A stretch of 64,000 nt of DNA, from positions 62,001 to 126,000 of the forward strand of contig JAIVFI010000005.1 of NCBI GenBank assembly GCA_025558095.1. Direction: 5' to 3'. The DNA comes from Hyaloraphidium curvatum SAG 235-1. Taxonomy: Eukaryota > Fungi > Monoblepharomycota. Below the pieces are notes generated by a model. The model made no database searches. It was given only the letters and a program-made list of their open reading frames with translations, and was not told where the DNA came from. A program made the translations under genes and the position numbers. This document shows, one piece after another, positions 44,017-56,602 of the stretch (position 1 is its first letter; the number at the start of each line of letters is the position of its first letter).

Positions 44017-46501
44017 CTACAGAGGTTTGCTGTGGACACGGAACTCCACGGCGCCCCTCGCGCCAAGAGTACTGCAAAAACGTTAGGGAGGAAGCGCGGA
44101 AAGGTGGCAGGAACTTACAGCGCAATGCTGTACCGTCCCTCGCGCTTGGCCGGGTCCTCGCTGTACTTGCCCCACTTCTGCGGCTCGTCTGGAGGCCAAG
44201 TCAGAACAGAGACTCGCAGATCGAAAGCCTCGGTGTCTACCTTCGTTCACGAGCTCCAGGTGGAACTTGCGGAGGATCTGGGTGATGAAGGTGACACCCT
44301 CCTGGAGCGCCATGTTCTGTCCGAGGCAAACGCGAGGTCCGGCCTTGAAGACGGGGTACTGCACGGACGATGGATGTCAGCCGGCAAGCACAACGGCTCG
44401 ACCTATTCCCAGCGTGCCTTGTACTGGTTCTCCTTCTTGAGAACGCCCTTCTCGTCGATCCACCGTTCGGGCTTGAACTCGGCAGCGTCCGGTCCCCAGA
44501 TCTTGGGCGAGTAACCCATCACCCAGCTGGATTCGAAAGGCCAATCGGTTAGCTTACTCGCCATCCGGATTATCGGACCACCCACGGCGTGTACTGAACG
44601 AGCTGGCCCGCGTCGATCTTGGTTCCCGTCCCGGCGAGCACGCAGTCCTTGCTCGCCGTCAGCGGGTTCACGGGCACGTTGGCGAACAGCCTCAGGGTCT
44701 CGTTGAAGGTCGCATTGACGTAGCGGAGATCCTTGAGGTTCTCGTACCCCGGCAAACCATCGGTTCCGAGGGCGGCCTTGATCTCCTCCCTGCACTTGGC
44801 TTCGACCTTCGGCTGGTTGGCGAGAGTGTAGAAAACCCAGGTCAGAGTCTGCGCGGTGGTGTCGCGGCCTAGTTGCGTAGCGCAGCGGTCAGCTTTGGGC
44901 CAGATCGGCGGTGGCGGCAGTGTGGGCCCAACCGGCGATCAGGAGGTTCATCACGACGTCGCGGAGTTCCTCGTCGTCGGGCATTCCTCCGTCAAAGTTC
45001 TTCGTGCGCATGAAGTAGTCAAGCTGCTCAAAAGACAGAACCGACGATGAGAAGAGACATGGTGAAGAGCGCAGTGCACTCGCCATGTCAGCGTGCTTAG
45101 CATCCTTGCTCGAGGACGAGTTGCCGTCCTCGTCAAAGGTCTCCCCCTTGGCCATCCGCGCCCGCTTCTCGGCAATGACTTTGTCCGCGACCGAAAACAT
45201 GAGCTTCTGCGCCTCCTTGACCTTCTTAGCGGTGCCGTCGAGGTGCTCGAGAATCTTCCACCCCGGGCGGTTAAGGCGCTCTGCAACGACGGCGTTGAGG
45301 TAATCGAAAGCAGTCTAGCGTAGGCGATGAGGCTTAAGGGCAAGCGTGGAAGCAGTCGACATGCAGCCTACCATGAACTCGACGGTGGGAAGCACGTATT
45401 TCCCGTTCTCGACGTGGCCGACCTGGTCGATGCTGAAAGCCCGATCAGCGCCCGAAACCGTGCCATGGGGCCATTCTCACCATCCGAAAGATGTTCCCAT
45501 TGCCAGCCTGCAGAGCAATCAGCTTCCAATAACGCACTCGTAGCACAACACCAACGCACCTTCCGAACGAGTCCAGCGTGCAGCGGAGGAGGAGATCCTG
45601 CAGGTCAACTACGGCGTTCATCTCGCTCGCTTTCTGGAGGTGGTCGCAGAGGGCCGCGACCTCGTTGAGGAAGTCTCCGGAGAAGACGTCGCGGAAGTTG
45701 CGGACTGGGGGCCGAAAGGGAAGGCAGGAGCGCAAAGCTAGCGGTCAGATGTCTGCCAACGGATGGCCACGCAAGGTAGAACGAACCGTTGAAGACGTGG
45801 CTCGCAGTCTTGCGCTGGTTGTTCCAGCGTGCTCCGTCGCTGGTCTGGGATTGGCGCGCGTCAGCGAGGCGGCGCATCCGGCGCGAGGTAAACCCACGAA
45901 AATGCCGTCTCCAAGGAAGTCATGGACAGTGGTGTGCAGGAAGTTGCCCTTTACGAAAAGGTAGCTGCGCAAACGGATATCGTCAGGCGCGGTGATCCCC
46001 CAAGGATGACAGTTCCAACACCCACGGGTCGCGGAGAATGGTCTCCACATCTTGCGGGTTGGTAGTGTGGACCATGCTGCGTTAAAAGAAGGATGGAGGG
46101 TCAGATTCGGTTGGTCCTGCCCGACCCCTGACGTAGATCGCCATGGCCGAGTCCGAAACCGGTAGCTCTGGCCGTCCTGCAGTCCCCCCGCAGCCAAAGA
46201 ACCGGAGAGAAACCCACTCAAGCGGGCCAACCCCTGGCATGTAAACGGTCTGCCTGAAAACCTCGCCGTTCTCCTCGTAGTCGCGCTTGAGCGCTTCCAG
46301 GCGGTAAGGCAGCGTCTCCGCCACGCGCAGGGTGTGCCCGAGGATGGGCACCGCCCCCTTGGCATGCTTGAGGTCCGGCCGGCGGCGGGTGCCGATGGCG
46401 CGGTCGCTGTATTCGTAGAACAGGTAGGCAACGTAGGCGACGGCGGCCACGCCGATGAGGACGGGCAGCGGGAGCCCGAGGATCGCGTCGACGATGCCCA
46501 T
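44017..46501 (-). CDS. Cytochrome P450 (CYP52/CYP86/CYP704-like fatty-acid hydroxylase clan)
   Basis: N-terminal TM anchor, FLGDGIF, NLLIAG|RDTT, ETLRL, FKPERW, heme motif FKAGPRVCLG; many introns. Confidence 0.93.
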
Positions 46502-46790
46502 GGCGGATTTTCCAAGTGTGGGGACGTGCGGCACCGCAGGAGAGGGCGAGGGAGGAGGTTCGGGAAGCGGCGTTGCTGGGGGACCAGTGAGTGAGTCGGC
46601 CGCCGGGGTCCAGGGCGGAACCCGCCCGCCCAGCTCCACACCCGTCACGGCCTGTCTCCCACAGCAAGCTTCGGATCTTTCTTCGCGATGTTCAATAACT
46701 GTGATAATCATACACAGCGGTATCTCATGCAAACATCAATCATATGTTACGGGTCGACACAGGCGAGTTTCCGGGCATTCCGCGACCTCC

Positions 46791-49700
46791 TCACGCCTGC
46801 CATCCGTTCTCCTGCTCGGTCGGCCGCACGGTCGACGCGGGCGCCGAGTCGAGCTGGTTCTGGGAGCGGAAGGCGGGCCGTTTGGCGAGCACGTTGCCTG
46901 GGGGCGAGATCGGGATCAGGACGGGACCATCACCGGTGGATTGAGGGTCGCAGACTCACCGACGTACTCGGACTCGATCGACTCCCTCCTGTCGATCAGC
47001 CTCTGGAACAGCAGGTACCTGCGAGCGAAGCCCATCAGCGCTCAAATGACGTCGCAAAACCGGCAATCCAACGAACCAGAGCAGCCCGAGGAACTTGACG
47101 ACCGAGAACCCGAGCGAGACCCAGAAGAGCATCTGCAGGTACGGGTTGATGAGGCCGCCCGCGGCGGCGGTCATGGCGTTGACGACGGTCGGGTTGGTCA
47201 TGACGAGCACGAGCGCGAGGTTGCTCGACGCCCAGGACACGAGCTGCGGCGGAACCGTCAGCGATCGTCCGCATCGCAACGGAGCTCGCATCCCACCAGC
47301 ACGACGCGGTACCGCCTGAAGCTCTCCTCCTGATCCGTCGTCTCGGGCCTCGCGAACCACCCCTTGGTTTTACTCGGCGCCGGGTCCGGCTGCGCCAGAT
47401 GCTGCATCTGGCTCTGGTACGCCCTGTTGGCCTCGTCCAGCCTGTCCTCGGCGGGCAGCTCCAGCTCCACCGTCTTGGGGCCCTTGTCCTCCTCGGCGAC
47501 GATGGGGTTGGCGGCACCGAGGGAGTGCGCCTTGGTGGAGCCCTTGGTGCCCCACGACACGTCTGCGGGCGGTGGTCAGCTGCCATCCGGATGTAGGGAG
47601 CGTGGAGACCCACCGTGGGTGTTGGACATGGCGTACACCTGCAGCACGTTGTTCCAGAAGGGCGAGAGCAGCATGAACTGCATCAGGCTGTGGATGCAGT
47701 GCCACGGGTCCAGGAAAAGGAGGCCCGCGACGATCCAGATGCCCCAGCAGGCGAACATGGCGGCAATCAGGGCGGTGAACGAGGAGTTCTGGAAATCCGC
47801 CGTCACCGTCTGTTCCCGCAGGCCAGAGAAGGGGGACCCACCTCCACCAGCACCGGCCAGAGCCCCCCCGCTGCGATCTGCTTCTCCGCCTGGGTGATGA
47901 TGTTGTAGGCCGTGAAGCCGATCAGGTACAGGATGATCCCCATGATCCCCATCCACAGCATCAGGATGATCCGGTACAGCGTGATGGTCGACGCGGGCTT
48001 GGACCCCATGGAGAGGAGGAACTGCACTACGAGCAGGTAGGCGTACACCACGATCACGACGTAGGCCACCACGTCGCCCGCCTGGCCGAACGCGAGCGGG
48101 TAGTTCCGCAGGGGGTCGGGCACGTTGGCGACGAGGAGGAAGTAGGCGACGAGGAAGAAGTTGGCGAGGGTGAACCAGGAGAAGATGAGGGACGCGATGT
48201 GGTAGAGGAACTGGAAGGTGAAGACGACCTTGCGGCCAAAGGAGTGGTCCGACTTGTAGATGCGGGACCAGTTGGCAATGGCGTAGATGCTGGCGAAGGT
48301 GCTGCCGTTGAGCCAGCGCCGGCGCTGGCTGACGAGCTCGGGGATGGTCTCGGGGACGTCGGTCTGCCGGAAAGCGTGAGCCGCCCGAACGAATGAGCCA
48401 AGATCGAAGTACTTACGACGGCGGCCGCCGACGCGATGTAGCGCAGCACCCAAGCCTCCCCGGGCTTGGCGACCAGCTCGAAGCAGAGCACCCGATCCTC
48501 ACTTCCGGTGATCGTCAGCCACGAAGCCGACCCGGTTCCCTGCACGGCACTCACGCGAGGTACATGTTGCTCTCCAGGATCCCCCCGCTCGCGGCGCCCG
48601 AGTGCACCGACTCGCCGTGGAAGTAGGCCGCGAGCGGGCCGACGCCGGGGGATATGTTGGTCAGGGCCGAGTAGCGGTAGGCGGAGAAGGCGCCGGGGAG
48701 GACGGAGATGTAGCCGAAGGACGACTCGAGGGGCTTGTCCTGCGGGTTTGCGAGGTGAGCGATCGGTGGCCGGGGGCCGTGAGAGGGGATCCCACGAGCT
48801 GGTTCGAGATCTTGTACTCGAACGCCTGGGAGGCGACCAGCGGGTTCAGCACGCCGCTCCAGCCCGGGCTGATGTCGGCCACGATCTCGCCGCAGGCGCC
48901 GCCGACGTTGGGGTGCTTGTCGAAGCAGTCCCACATCTGGTACAGCGCCGCGGCCGAGGGTCGCGTACCGACGTCGAGGAGGAGGCAGATCCGCGGGTTG
49001 AGCAGCGGGCAGAAGGCGTTGAAGAACCAGCGATGGGAGTTGATCTTCTTGGCGTTCTGCTCCTTGAGGCAGAAGACGACCTGCACGGGCACGCTCTCGA
49101 CGGCGCGGATGCCCTTGCCCTCGCCCGCTTCCGCCAGGTCGATCTGCGAGGTGTACTCGAAGATGTGGCTCGCGACCTCGCGCCCGCCGACCTCGCTCTT
49201 CATCACGCCGTCCTGGTACACGCCCATGACGCCCAGCGCCTCGAGCGTGCCCGGGTGGATCTTGGAGCGGCCGTCCGAGACAATGACCACGACGACGCGC
49301 TTCCACGCGTCGGGGCCCCACTTGGCCAGCAGCGTCTTCATGTTCTCGACCAGCGCGTGCATCGAGCGCGCAAACAGGTACGGGTCCTCGTTGTACATGG
49401 TCATGCACACGGCCAGCTCCGTCTGGCGACCGAGCAGCTGCGGCGCGCGCAGGGTGTAGCCGCTGAGCACAAAGTCGTCGGCCGCCGCGGTGCAGGCGGT
49501 GTAGCGCGTCGAAGTGACCTCGGGGCCCTCCTTGAGCAGGATGCTGTGGTCCAGGATGGTGGTGGGCACGGGCACCTCGATCTGCAGGTTGCCCTTGTCG
49601 GTGAGCTGCACGCGGCGCACGGTGACGCTGCGCTTGGGCACGAGGGCCGAGCCGTTCTGGTACGGCGACGGCTGGAAGCTGGCCGCCGAGGCGGGCGCGC

Positions 49701-50022
49701 CGCTGGCGGGCGGCGAGCCGCGCTCCGAGTCGGTGTTGTTGTAGGCGACGGCGAAGCCGCTGGACGCGGCGGGCGATGTCGGCGTGGCGGCGGGGAACGG
49801 CGGCGAGTCGGCCGAGGGCGCCGGGCCGCTGCCGCCGCTCCCCCCGCTGTCCGCCGAATCGCCCGTCTGCGGGCTGATCGGCGCCGCCGCGGGGGCGGCC
49901 GCGGCCAGCGACGAGGAGCGCGGGTCGGGCGTGTAGCTCTGCCCGCGCCGGGGTGGGTTCACAACGAGGCTCGCCGGCGACGACGCCCCCGACACGGGCG
50001 ATGGCGATGGGGCGCCGCTCAT
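46791..50022 (-). CDS. Chitin synthase, division 1 (class I-III type, no myosin motor)
   Basis: [52 protein letters not shown]|EDR, QRRRW, SWGTKG. Confidence 0.96.
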
Positions 50023-50443
50023 CGCGGTGCTCGATCGCGGTTCAAAGACGCGTTGGAGGTAGTAGGCCTGAGCTGTGTTCACACGGGACCCCGGCCCCTG
50101 AAGAGCGCTTTGGCCCCGTGGCTATGGCCACTCCGCCTCAAGACTCCGCCCGCCCAACTCCGAGGCGCTGTCACGGGCCAGCGAATTCCTAAGCCAGCCG
50201 TCGCATAGTCGACATCTGCAACACATCCGACCTCCTACCGCGCTCGATCCTCTGCCTGGTGACACCTTGTCACACCTCACTTCGGTGGCGCGTGGGGATG
50301 GGGATCTTTTCGAGGCGCTGTCACGGGGCCGATCCGGCGAATCCAAAGCCACGCATCGCCATCGCCTAATCGTTATCTACATATATATCCGACCTGCTAC
50401 CTCGCACGAGATCATTGTATCACAACGCCCTCCCTGCGGCACC

Positions 50444-51728
50444 TCACTTCTGCTGCCCCAGCACGCCGTTGTTCCCGGCCTCGAAAGTGACCCAGCTCGA
50501 CACGGGCACGTCGGCGTCCTTGCCCGACGTCGGCGCCGGCGCCGGCTTGGCCTCGTCCTTTTTGTCCTCCTTCTTGTCCTCCTTCTTGGGCGCGGACCAC
50601 CCGAGCATCCAGCCCCAGAGCTGCGAAATGGCGCACACGGCAACAATCACCTCGGCCCTGCGTGCGACTGATCAGCTGGTAATCGGTCGCGGGCTGCCGG
50701 CGGGGGAACCCACCAGAAGAACGTCGCCGAGTCCAACACCGTCCCCACTGGCGGCGCGCTGGGCATCGCCGACCGGATCCCCGGCAGCGCAAACAGCAGC
50801 CCCGTCGCGACGCCCAGCTGGCCGAGCTCGATCTTGCGCGCCGGGCGGAAGAAGAACTTGTCCAGCACGATGGCGGCCTGCGTGAGGGCGAGGCCCCACA
50901 TGACGATGCCCAGGACGATGGCGAAGAACTTTGTGGTGGTGCTGCGGGAGATTTGGAGCATGAACTCGATCGTGTCTGGGTCGTCGACGCCGTAGATCTC
51001 GTAGACGCCGAAGGACGGCGCCACTGGAGAGCCAGTGTCAGTCGAACAAAGATCCTGCCCGAAAACCGGACAGCAACCCACGACTATAGGTCGCTGCGCC
51101 GCCCGACAGGGTCAGCCCGATCGGAACGACCTCCTGCTGCCCGTCCACCGCTGTCGTCGTCGCGTGGAGGTAGATGCTTGAGTAATGAATGTCGAACGGG
51201 TACTCTAAAACGTCCCCGTTGAACAGCAGCGTGCCGGCCTCGCTGAATGGGATCGTCGAGCCCTCCCGGTGCGACGCGGCGGCCTGGTTTCCGACCGTAA
51301 TCGTGACGTTGCGGGCCAGCCGGGTGACCGACCCCGGACGGAGGAAGGTGCCGGAGGGGTACCAGTCGAACCTCATCCTGAGGTTTCCCAGCACGGGGTC
51401 GATCGAGACGATCCGCGCCGAGGCGATGAGGCCGCTGGTGGTCGGAATGCCCCATCCTTTAATGATGCAGCCGTCGCCGCCGCAGTAGTCGGTGTCGGAT
51501 TCGCCTTCGACGTTCAGGGAGCGCTCGCCGGGGTTGGCTTCTTTACGGACGGTGACCCCGAGGGGCACGACGAGGGCGATGACGACGGCGACAAAGGCTG
51601 GGGGTCCGGAGAGTCGGCCGGGGAGGAGGTGAGCGTTCCTGCCCCGGAAAAGGACGCCGAGGAAGTTGCCCACCGAAAACCGAAAGGATCCCGTTCCGGG
51701 TGTCCTTGTCGACCGGCTTCAGCTTCAT
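50444..51728 (-). CDS. DUF4436-family membrane protein
   Basis: N-terminal TM, lumenal domain with YPFD, then C-terminal TMs with LLFALPGIRSAMPSAPPVG..LD. Confidence 0.75.
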
Positions 51729-52622
51729 TCAGGAGTCGTATCGGGCTGTGTGGTTCGGCGACACGGATTCTTTGCCCGGCGGGCGAGTTGGGGAGGTCCT
51801 GGCCCCCGGTCGGTGCGGCGGAACGGCGTCGGCGACGGGAGCAAAAAGGTGGGGCTGGCGCGCCTTCAACTGCCGCCGGGAGGTGCGGTCGCGGGCCCGG
51901 TCTTGACCGGACTGTTGCGGATCGGGACCCGTCTGCACCACCCCACCGCAACAGCACTTTTCGCGCACCCGGTGGCAGCTATGTTGCTGTGAGGGACATC
52001 CGGCAGCAACTGCCGTGATCTCCTTTCTGTCCTTGCGTAACAACGCGGCCAGGTGCGGGGCGCGGCCGCCGGTGGGGATGCTTACGGTTGGCTCGGGAAT
52101 TGTTGCGGATTGTTGCGGGCGTCCGCCGGACACCGCCCAGACCGTCTGACGGGCAGGCAGCTTACGCCGGCGGGTCATTAGCAACCGTTCCCTTTAAACA
52201 AACTTGCTCAGTGCCAGCAATGCTTGGGTATTGTATTGTGCCGCGCAGCGGATCAACGTGGAACGTTCCTTGGACCCAATGCTCTAGCTGGATTCATGAG
52301 ACACCAGACTTCTTGCCTACATCAGACGATGTCAATACACGTCGAGTGACCTAGCTCGTTGATCCTTTGTCTTTTGGATATGCTCGAAGTGCTAGAACCA
52401 GCGTCGGACAGAAGGTGATCCATCACACCAATTGATGAACGAGCAAGCGGACCCAGGCTTTGCTAACTTGAACCGCATGATGCTGAACGTTGAAACTTGT
52501 GATACTGAACGTTGAGTTAGCTGCTGAAGCGGGTGAAGACTCGACGACTGCGGCTGCGATTTCCAGGCCGGAGTGCGACGCTCGCCCGTCAACAACGAAC
52601 CTCTCCACTTTCCAACCACGCG

Positions 52623-54362
52623 ATGGCATCCCCTTCGGAGCCGAATCCGTCGCCGGCAGCCGATGGCGCGGCACCAGCTGCTCCCGGCGCGGACACTGTG
52701 CACCCGCACGAGCAGAAAATCACGCCGTGGGAGGTCCAGGGCGAGGTCGACGAGACCGGGAAGCTCAAGGACATTGACTACAACGTGGGCCCGAATCGGG
52801 GTTCCTGGCATGCGGATCACACGGGCTGACACTGGTGCCGCGTGGCTGCGGCGTTTCTGGACCGCAGAAACTGATTGCGCAGTTTGGAACGCGGGCAATC
52901 GACCCCGCGCTGCTCGCGCGGTTCGAGAAGCTCACGGGCCGGAAGGCTCACCCTCTGCTCCGGAGAGGGGCGTTCTTCTCCCATCGGTCGGTTCCGTTGC
53001 CGATGTCGCGGCAGGATTGGACTGAACGGGCGCACTGTGCCGACCAGGGAGCTGGATCAGATCCTGGACCGGTACGAGAAAGGGAAGCCGTTCTACCTCT
53101 ACACGGGGCGCGGGCCGTCGGCGGAGAGCATGCATTTGGGACACCTTGTTCCGTTCATCTTTTGCCAGTGGGAAACGGCGTTTGGTCGGGGTGTTGGCCT
53201 CGGAAGCTGACGGCGCCGCCTTCAGGTGGCTCCAGGAGACGTTCAAGGTCCCGATCGTGATCCAGATGACGGACGACGAAAAGTTCCTGTTCAAGGAGGA
53301 CCTGAAGCCCGAGGACACTATGAGGTTCACCAAGGAGAACGCCAAGGTACTTCAGTAGACCAGTCGGGGCGAAGAGCCTTCGGGCCTGACATTCTTGTTT
53401 CAGGACATCATCGCCTGCGGTTTCGACCCGGATCTGACCTTCATCTTCTCCAACTACGAGTACATGGGCGGCGCGTTCTACAAGAACGTGACCAAGATCT
53501 CTCGGATGATCACGGCCAGCACGGCCAAGGCCACTTTCGGCTTCAACGACTCGGACAACATCGGGAAATGGCACTTTGCGGCCATCCAGGCCTCCCCATC
53601 CTTCTCCAACAGCTTCCCCCACATCTTTGGCGCCAAGAGCGACATCCCCTGCCTCATCCCCTGCGCGATCGACCAGGACCCGTACTTCCGCCTCACGCGC
53701 GACGTCGCCAAGAGGCTCAAGTACCCCAAACCCGCGCTGCTCCACGCCAAGTTCTTCCCCGCGCTGCAGGGCCCTGGGTCCAAAATGAGCTCCAGCATCG
53801 CCAACTCGGCCATCCTCCTCACGGACACGCCGGCCCAGATTAAGAACAAGATCAACAAGTACGCTTTCTCGGGAGGGCAGGACACCGCGGAACTCCAGCG
53901 CCAGCTGGGCGGTAACCCCGACGTGGACGTCAGCTTCCAGTATCTTTCGTTTTTCTTGGAGGTGCGCTTGGATCCTTTGCTGTGCGGCGTTGATCTGATT
54001 CCCTCGCTTCGCCAGGATGATGAGGAGTTGGAGGACATCCGGAGAAAGTACCGCGCAGGAGAAATGTCGACGGCTCAACTCAAGGCACGGTGTATTGAAG
54101 TGTTGACGGCCTTGGTCGGCAAAGTTCAAGAGGTGAGCGGAAGGTGGGGCCTCCGCTTCGTGACCGAGCTAAACACCTGCCACAGCGACGCAAAACTGTC
54201 ACTCCCGAGATTCTGCACAAGTTCATGGACTTTGCCACCCCGATGGCCTGGACGCCGGCGAAAGCACCCGATGCGGAGAGTGCAGATCCGGTGGCGAACG
54301 GGGCAAAAGCTGACGGCGCTGCCGGCGCAACCGAGGGCATAGAGAAGTTGGCCGTGAGCTGA
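52623..54362 (+). CDS. WRS1: Cytosolic tryptophanyl-tRNA synthetase
   Basis: [48 protein letters not shown]; multiple introns. Confidence 0.97.
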
Positions 54363-54398
54363 TCGTCTATAGATACCATAATTCGCTCGAGGTATCTC

Positions 54399-56450
54399 CT
54401 ACATCTTGGCCGTTTCCCTAGCAAACGGTCCCGCACGCAGAGTGTACGCAAGGATCTTCTTTTCGTACTGCTCTGCGCTTTCGTCCGAGTCCTTTCCCGT
54501 GCTCTCTCCATCCTTCGCAACAGGAACTTCGATGCGCAACCTGTCTGGCACGTTCTTTGGCAGGGTGATCGAGACCGTCTTCTCGTCGCCCGAAACCTCG
54601 AACGGAACATTCACAGTCGTCGGCTCCACGTTCCAAGGGTGAGCCGATCCGTTACCACCGGCAACCAGCACCTCCACTTTGGCTCCAGGATTGCCCTTGA
54701 GCAGCTTCCCAAGCTTTGAAAAGCCGCGAATGCTCGCCTTTCCTTCGAGCGCATCCCCAAGAACGCCGAGGAAAACATAGTAGCCGCCGCCCGAAGCCGA
54801 TTTCGTCACGGCCTTGACGTCGCGTACCCCATCGGGCCCTTCAATGGTCCCGTCGGCCTCTCCGTCCCACCAAGGACGGGTGCCGTAGACGCCGGCGCCG
54901 TTGATTGCGAGCCACTGCCCAAGAACTCGTAGCCGGCGGCGCTGCAGCAGGGGAATGGAACCGTCCGCGCGGGGCCCGATGCCGAGAAGCAGATTGCCGT
55001 TCTTGGCGGAAATGTCCAGCAGGGAGTAAATCAGGCCGTGATAAGTGATCTGCGGGCTCTTTGTCAGTTTGACTTCGCAACAGTCGGTGAACCACGGACC
55101 TGATCCTTCTCCGTCTCGTTCCCGTTGTACCCGAACGAGTGACTGATACCCCGACACGTCTCCCACTTGCGACCCAGCGGCTTCGGAAAGCTCTGGTATT
55201 CGGGGCAGATGATGTCGCCGATCTTGCGCAGGAAAGATGCGGCACCGGATGAACCTGCACTCCGCGGCAGAGGGAAGAAACGGTCGTTGACGATGCCGTG
55301 CGGGACAGTCTGGTAGTACATGCCAAAGATGCCGTCAAGATCCGCGGGCGGCGATTTCGGGTAGCCTTAAAACCACCGCGCGTCAGACTGTACGTCAAGA
55401 AGCGTCCAACGTCACCCACCGATGTCGTTCCAAAGCACGGCCGGCTTGTACCTGGAAATTAGCTCCTTCAGATGCCCATCTGCCTGCTTCGCGTACTCGT
55501 CCGAACGAGGTGCGGCGGGCCACAGGTGCGTCTTGTCCATGGCAGGCTCAAAAGACCAATCGTAGCCTCCAGAATAGTACAAGCCCATGTCCATGCCGGG
55601 GATCTTGCGGACGGCATCGGTGAGCCTGCCCACGATATCGACCGCGACCGGCGGCGTTCCCGCGGGGATATGCGGGTTCGGGAGGTCCGAGGGGAAGAGG
55701 GTGAAGCCGTCGTGGTGCTTGGTCGTCAGGACCACATAGCGGAAACCCGAGCGGGCAAACAGTTCCGCCCATTCGTCCGGTTTCCACTTGGTGGAGACGC
55801 CGGCGTTGAACTCCTTGGCAAACTTGTAGTAATCGTAGTCCTCCCCATAGATCTCCTCGTGGTGCTTGGCCGTTGGCGAGCCAGGGATTCGCAGAGTGTG
55901 CAGATACCACTCCGAATAGGCATTGTTCGTGAACCACTTGCGCCAGTCGGCCGCAGGATCGAAGAAGTCAATCACGCCCTGAGCTGTGGTCGCCCACCCG
56001 GGCACCGAATACAGACCCCAGTGAATGAAGAGGCCGAGCTTGGAATCCTCGTACCAGCTGGTCTCCGGGCGCTTCGTCCGGCCAGGAAGGTTCTTGAAGT
56101 GCTCGTATCCAGACTCGTCCTGAGCACAGATAAGGCAAAAGAGTTGAAGAGAAGCAACGGAGACAATGAAGGAGAATGGCTGTTCAGCCGTCTGTCGGGA
56201 GACGTCCCGAAGCGATGCCCACCTGAACAGGCCCATTGTCCTTGGTTCGCAAGTCTGCGGACATTGGAAAGCCGGAATCTCCCAAGAGCAAGTGGCCGAT
56301 GAACAAAAGCAGCAGTAACGCGATGCCACGCGCGAGGGCACGCCTTGGGAAGGGGAGCCGGTGCAAGAGGCCTTGGAGCCGAGATTGAACCGAGCTACCG
56401 GCTCGAGAGCCTGTACCAAGCTTCGTCAAGGCACTGCCCCGCTGATACAT
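54399..56450 (-). CDS. Alpha-L-fucosidase (GH29), probable type II membrane anchor
   Basis: KLGLFIHWGLYSVP, YSEWY, YVVLTTKHHDGF, GLYYSGG, VLWNDI nucleophile, VNDR, KWETCRG...SFGY, GNLLLGIGP. Confidence 0.93.
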
Positions 56451-56602
56451 GCGGCGCCGGGAGCGCCGCCCGCAACGCGTTGAACTAGAGCGCCCTTTGG
56501 CTTGGAAGTCCCTTGCAACTTGCAACAACGGGGCCGCTTGGTCCCGAGCACTGCTTGCGTCACAGCAGGAGGCCGAGCTCGTTCTCCCGGACCGTCGCTA
56601 CC

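Noticed and set aside
52478-52516. Direct repeat ctgaacgttga x2 upstream of TrpRS
   Set aside because: Two 11-bp copies only; insufficient evidence for a regulatory element or ncRNA.
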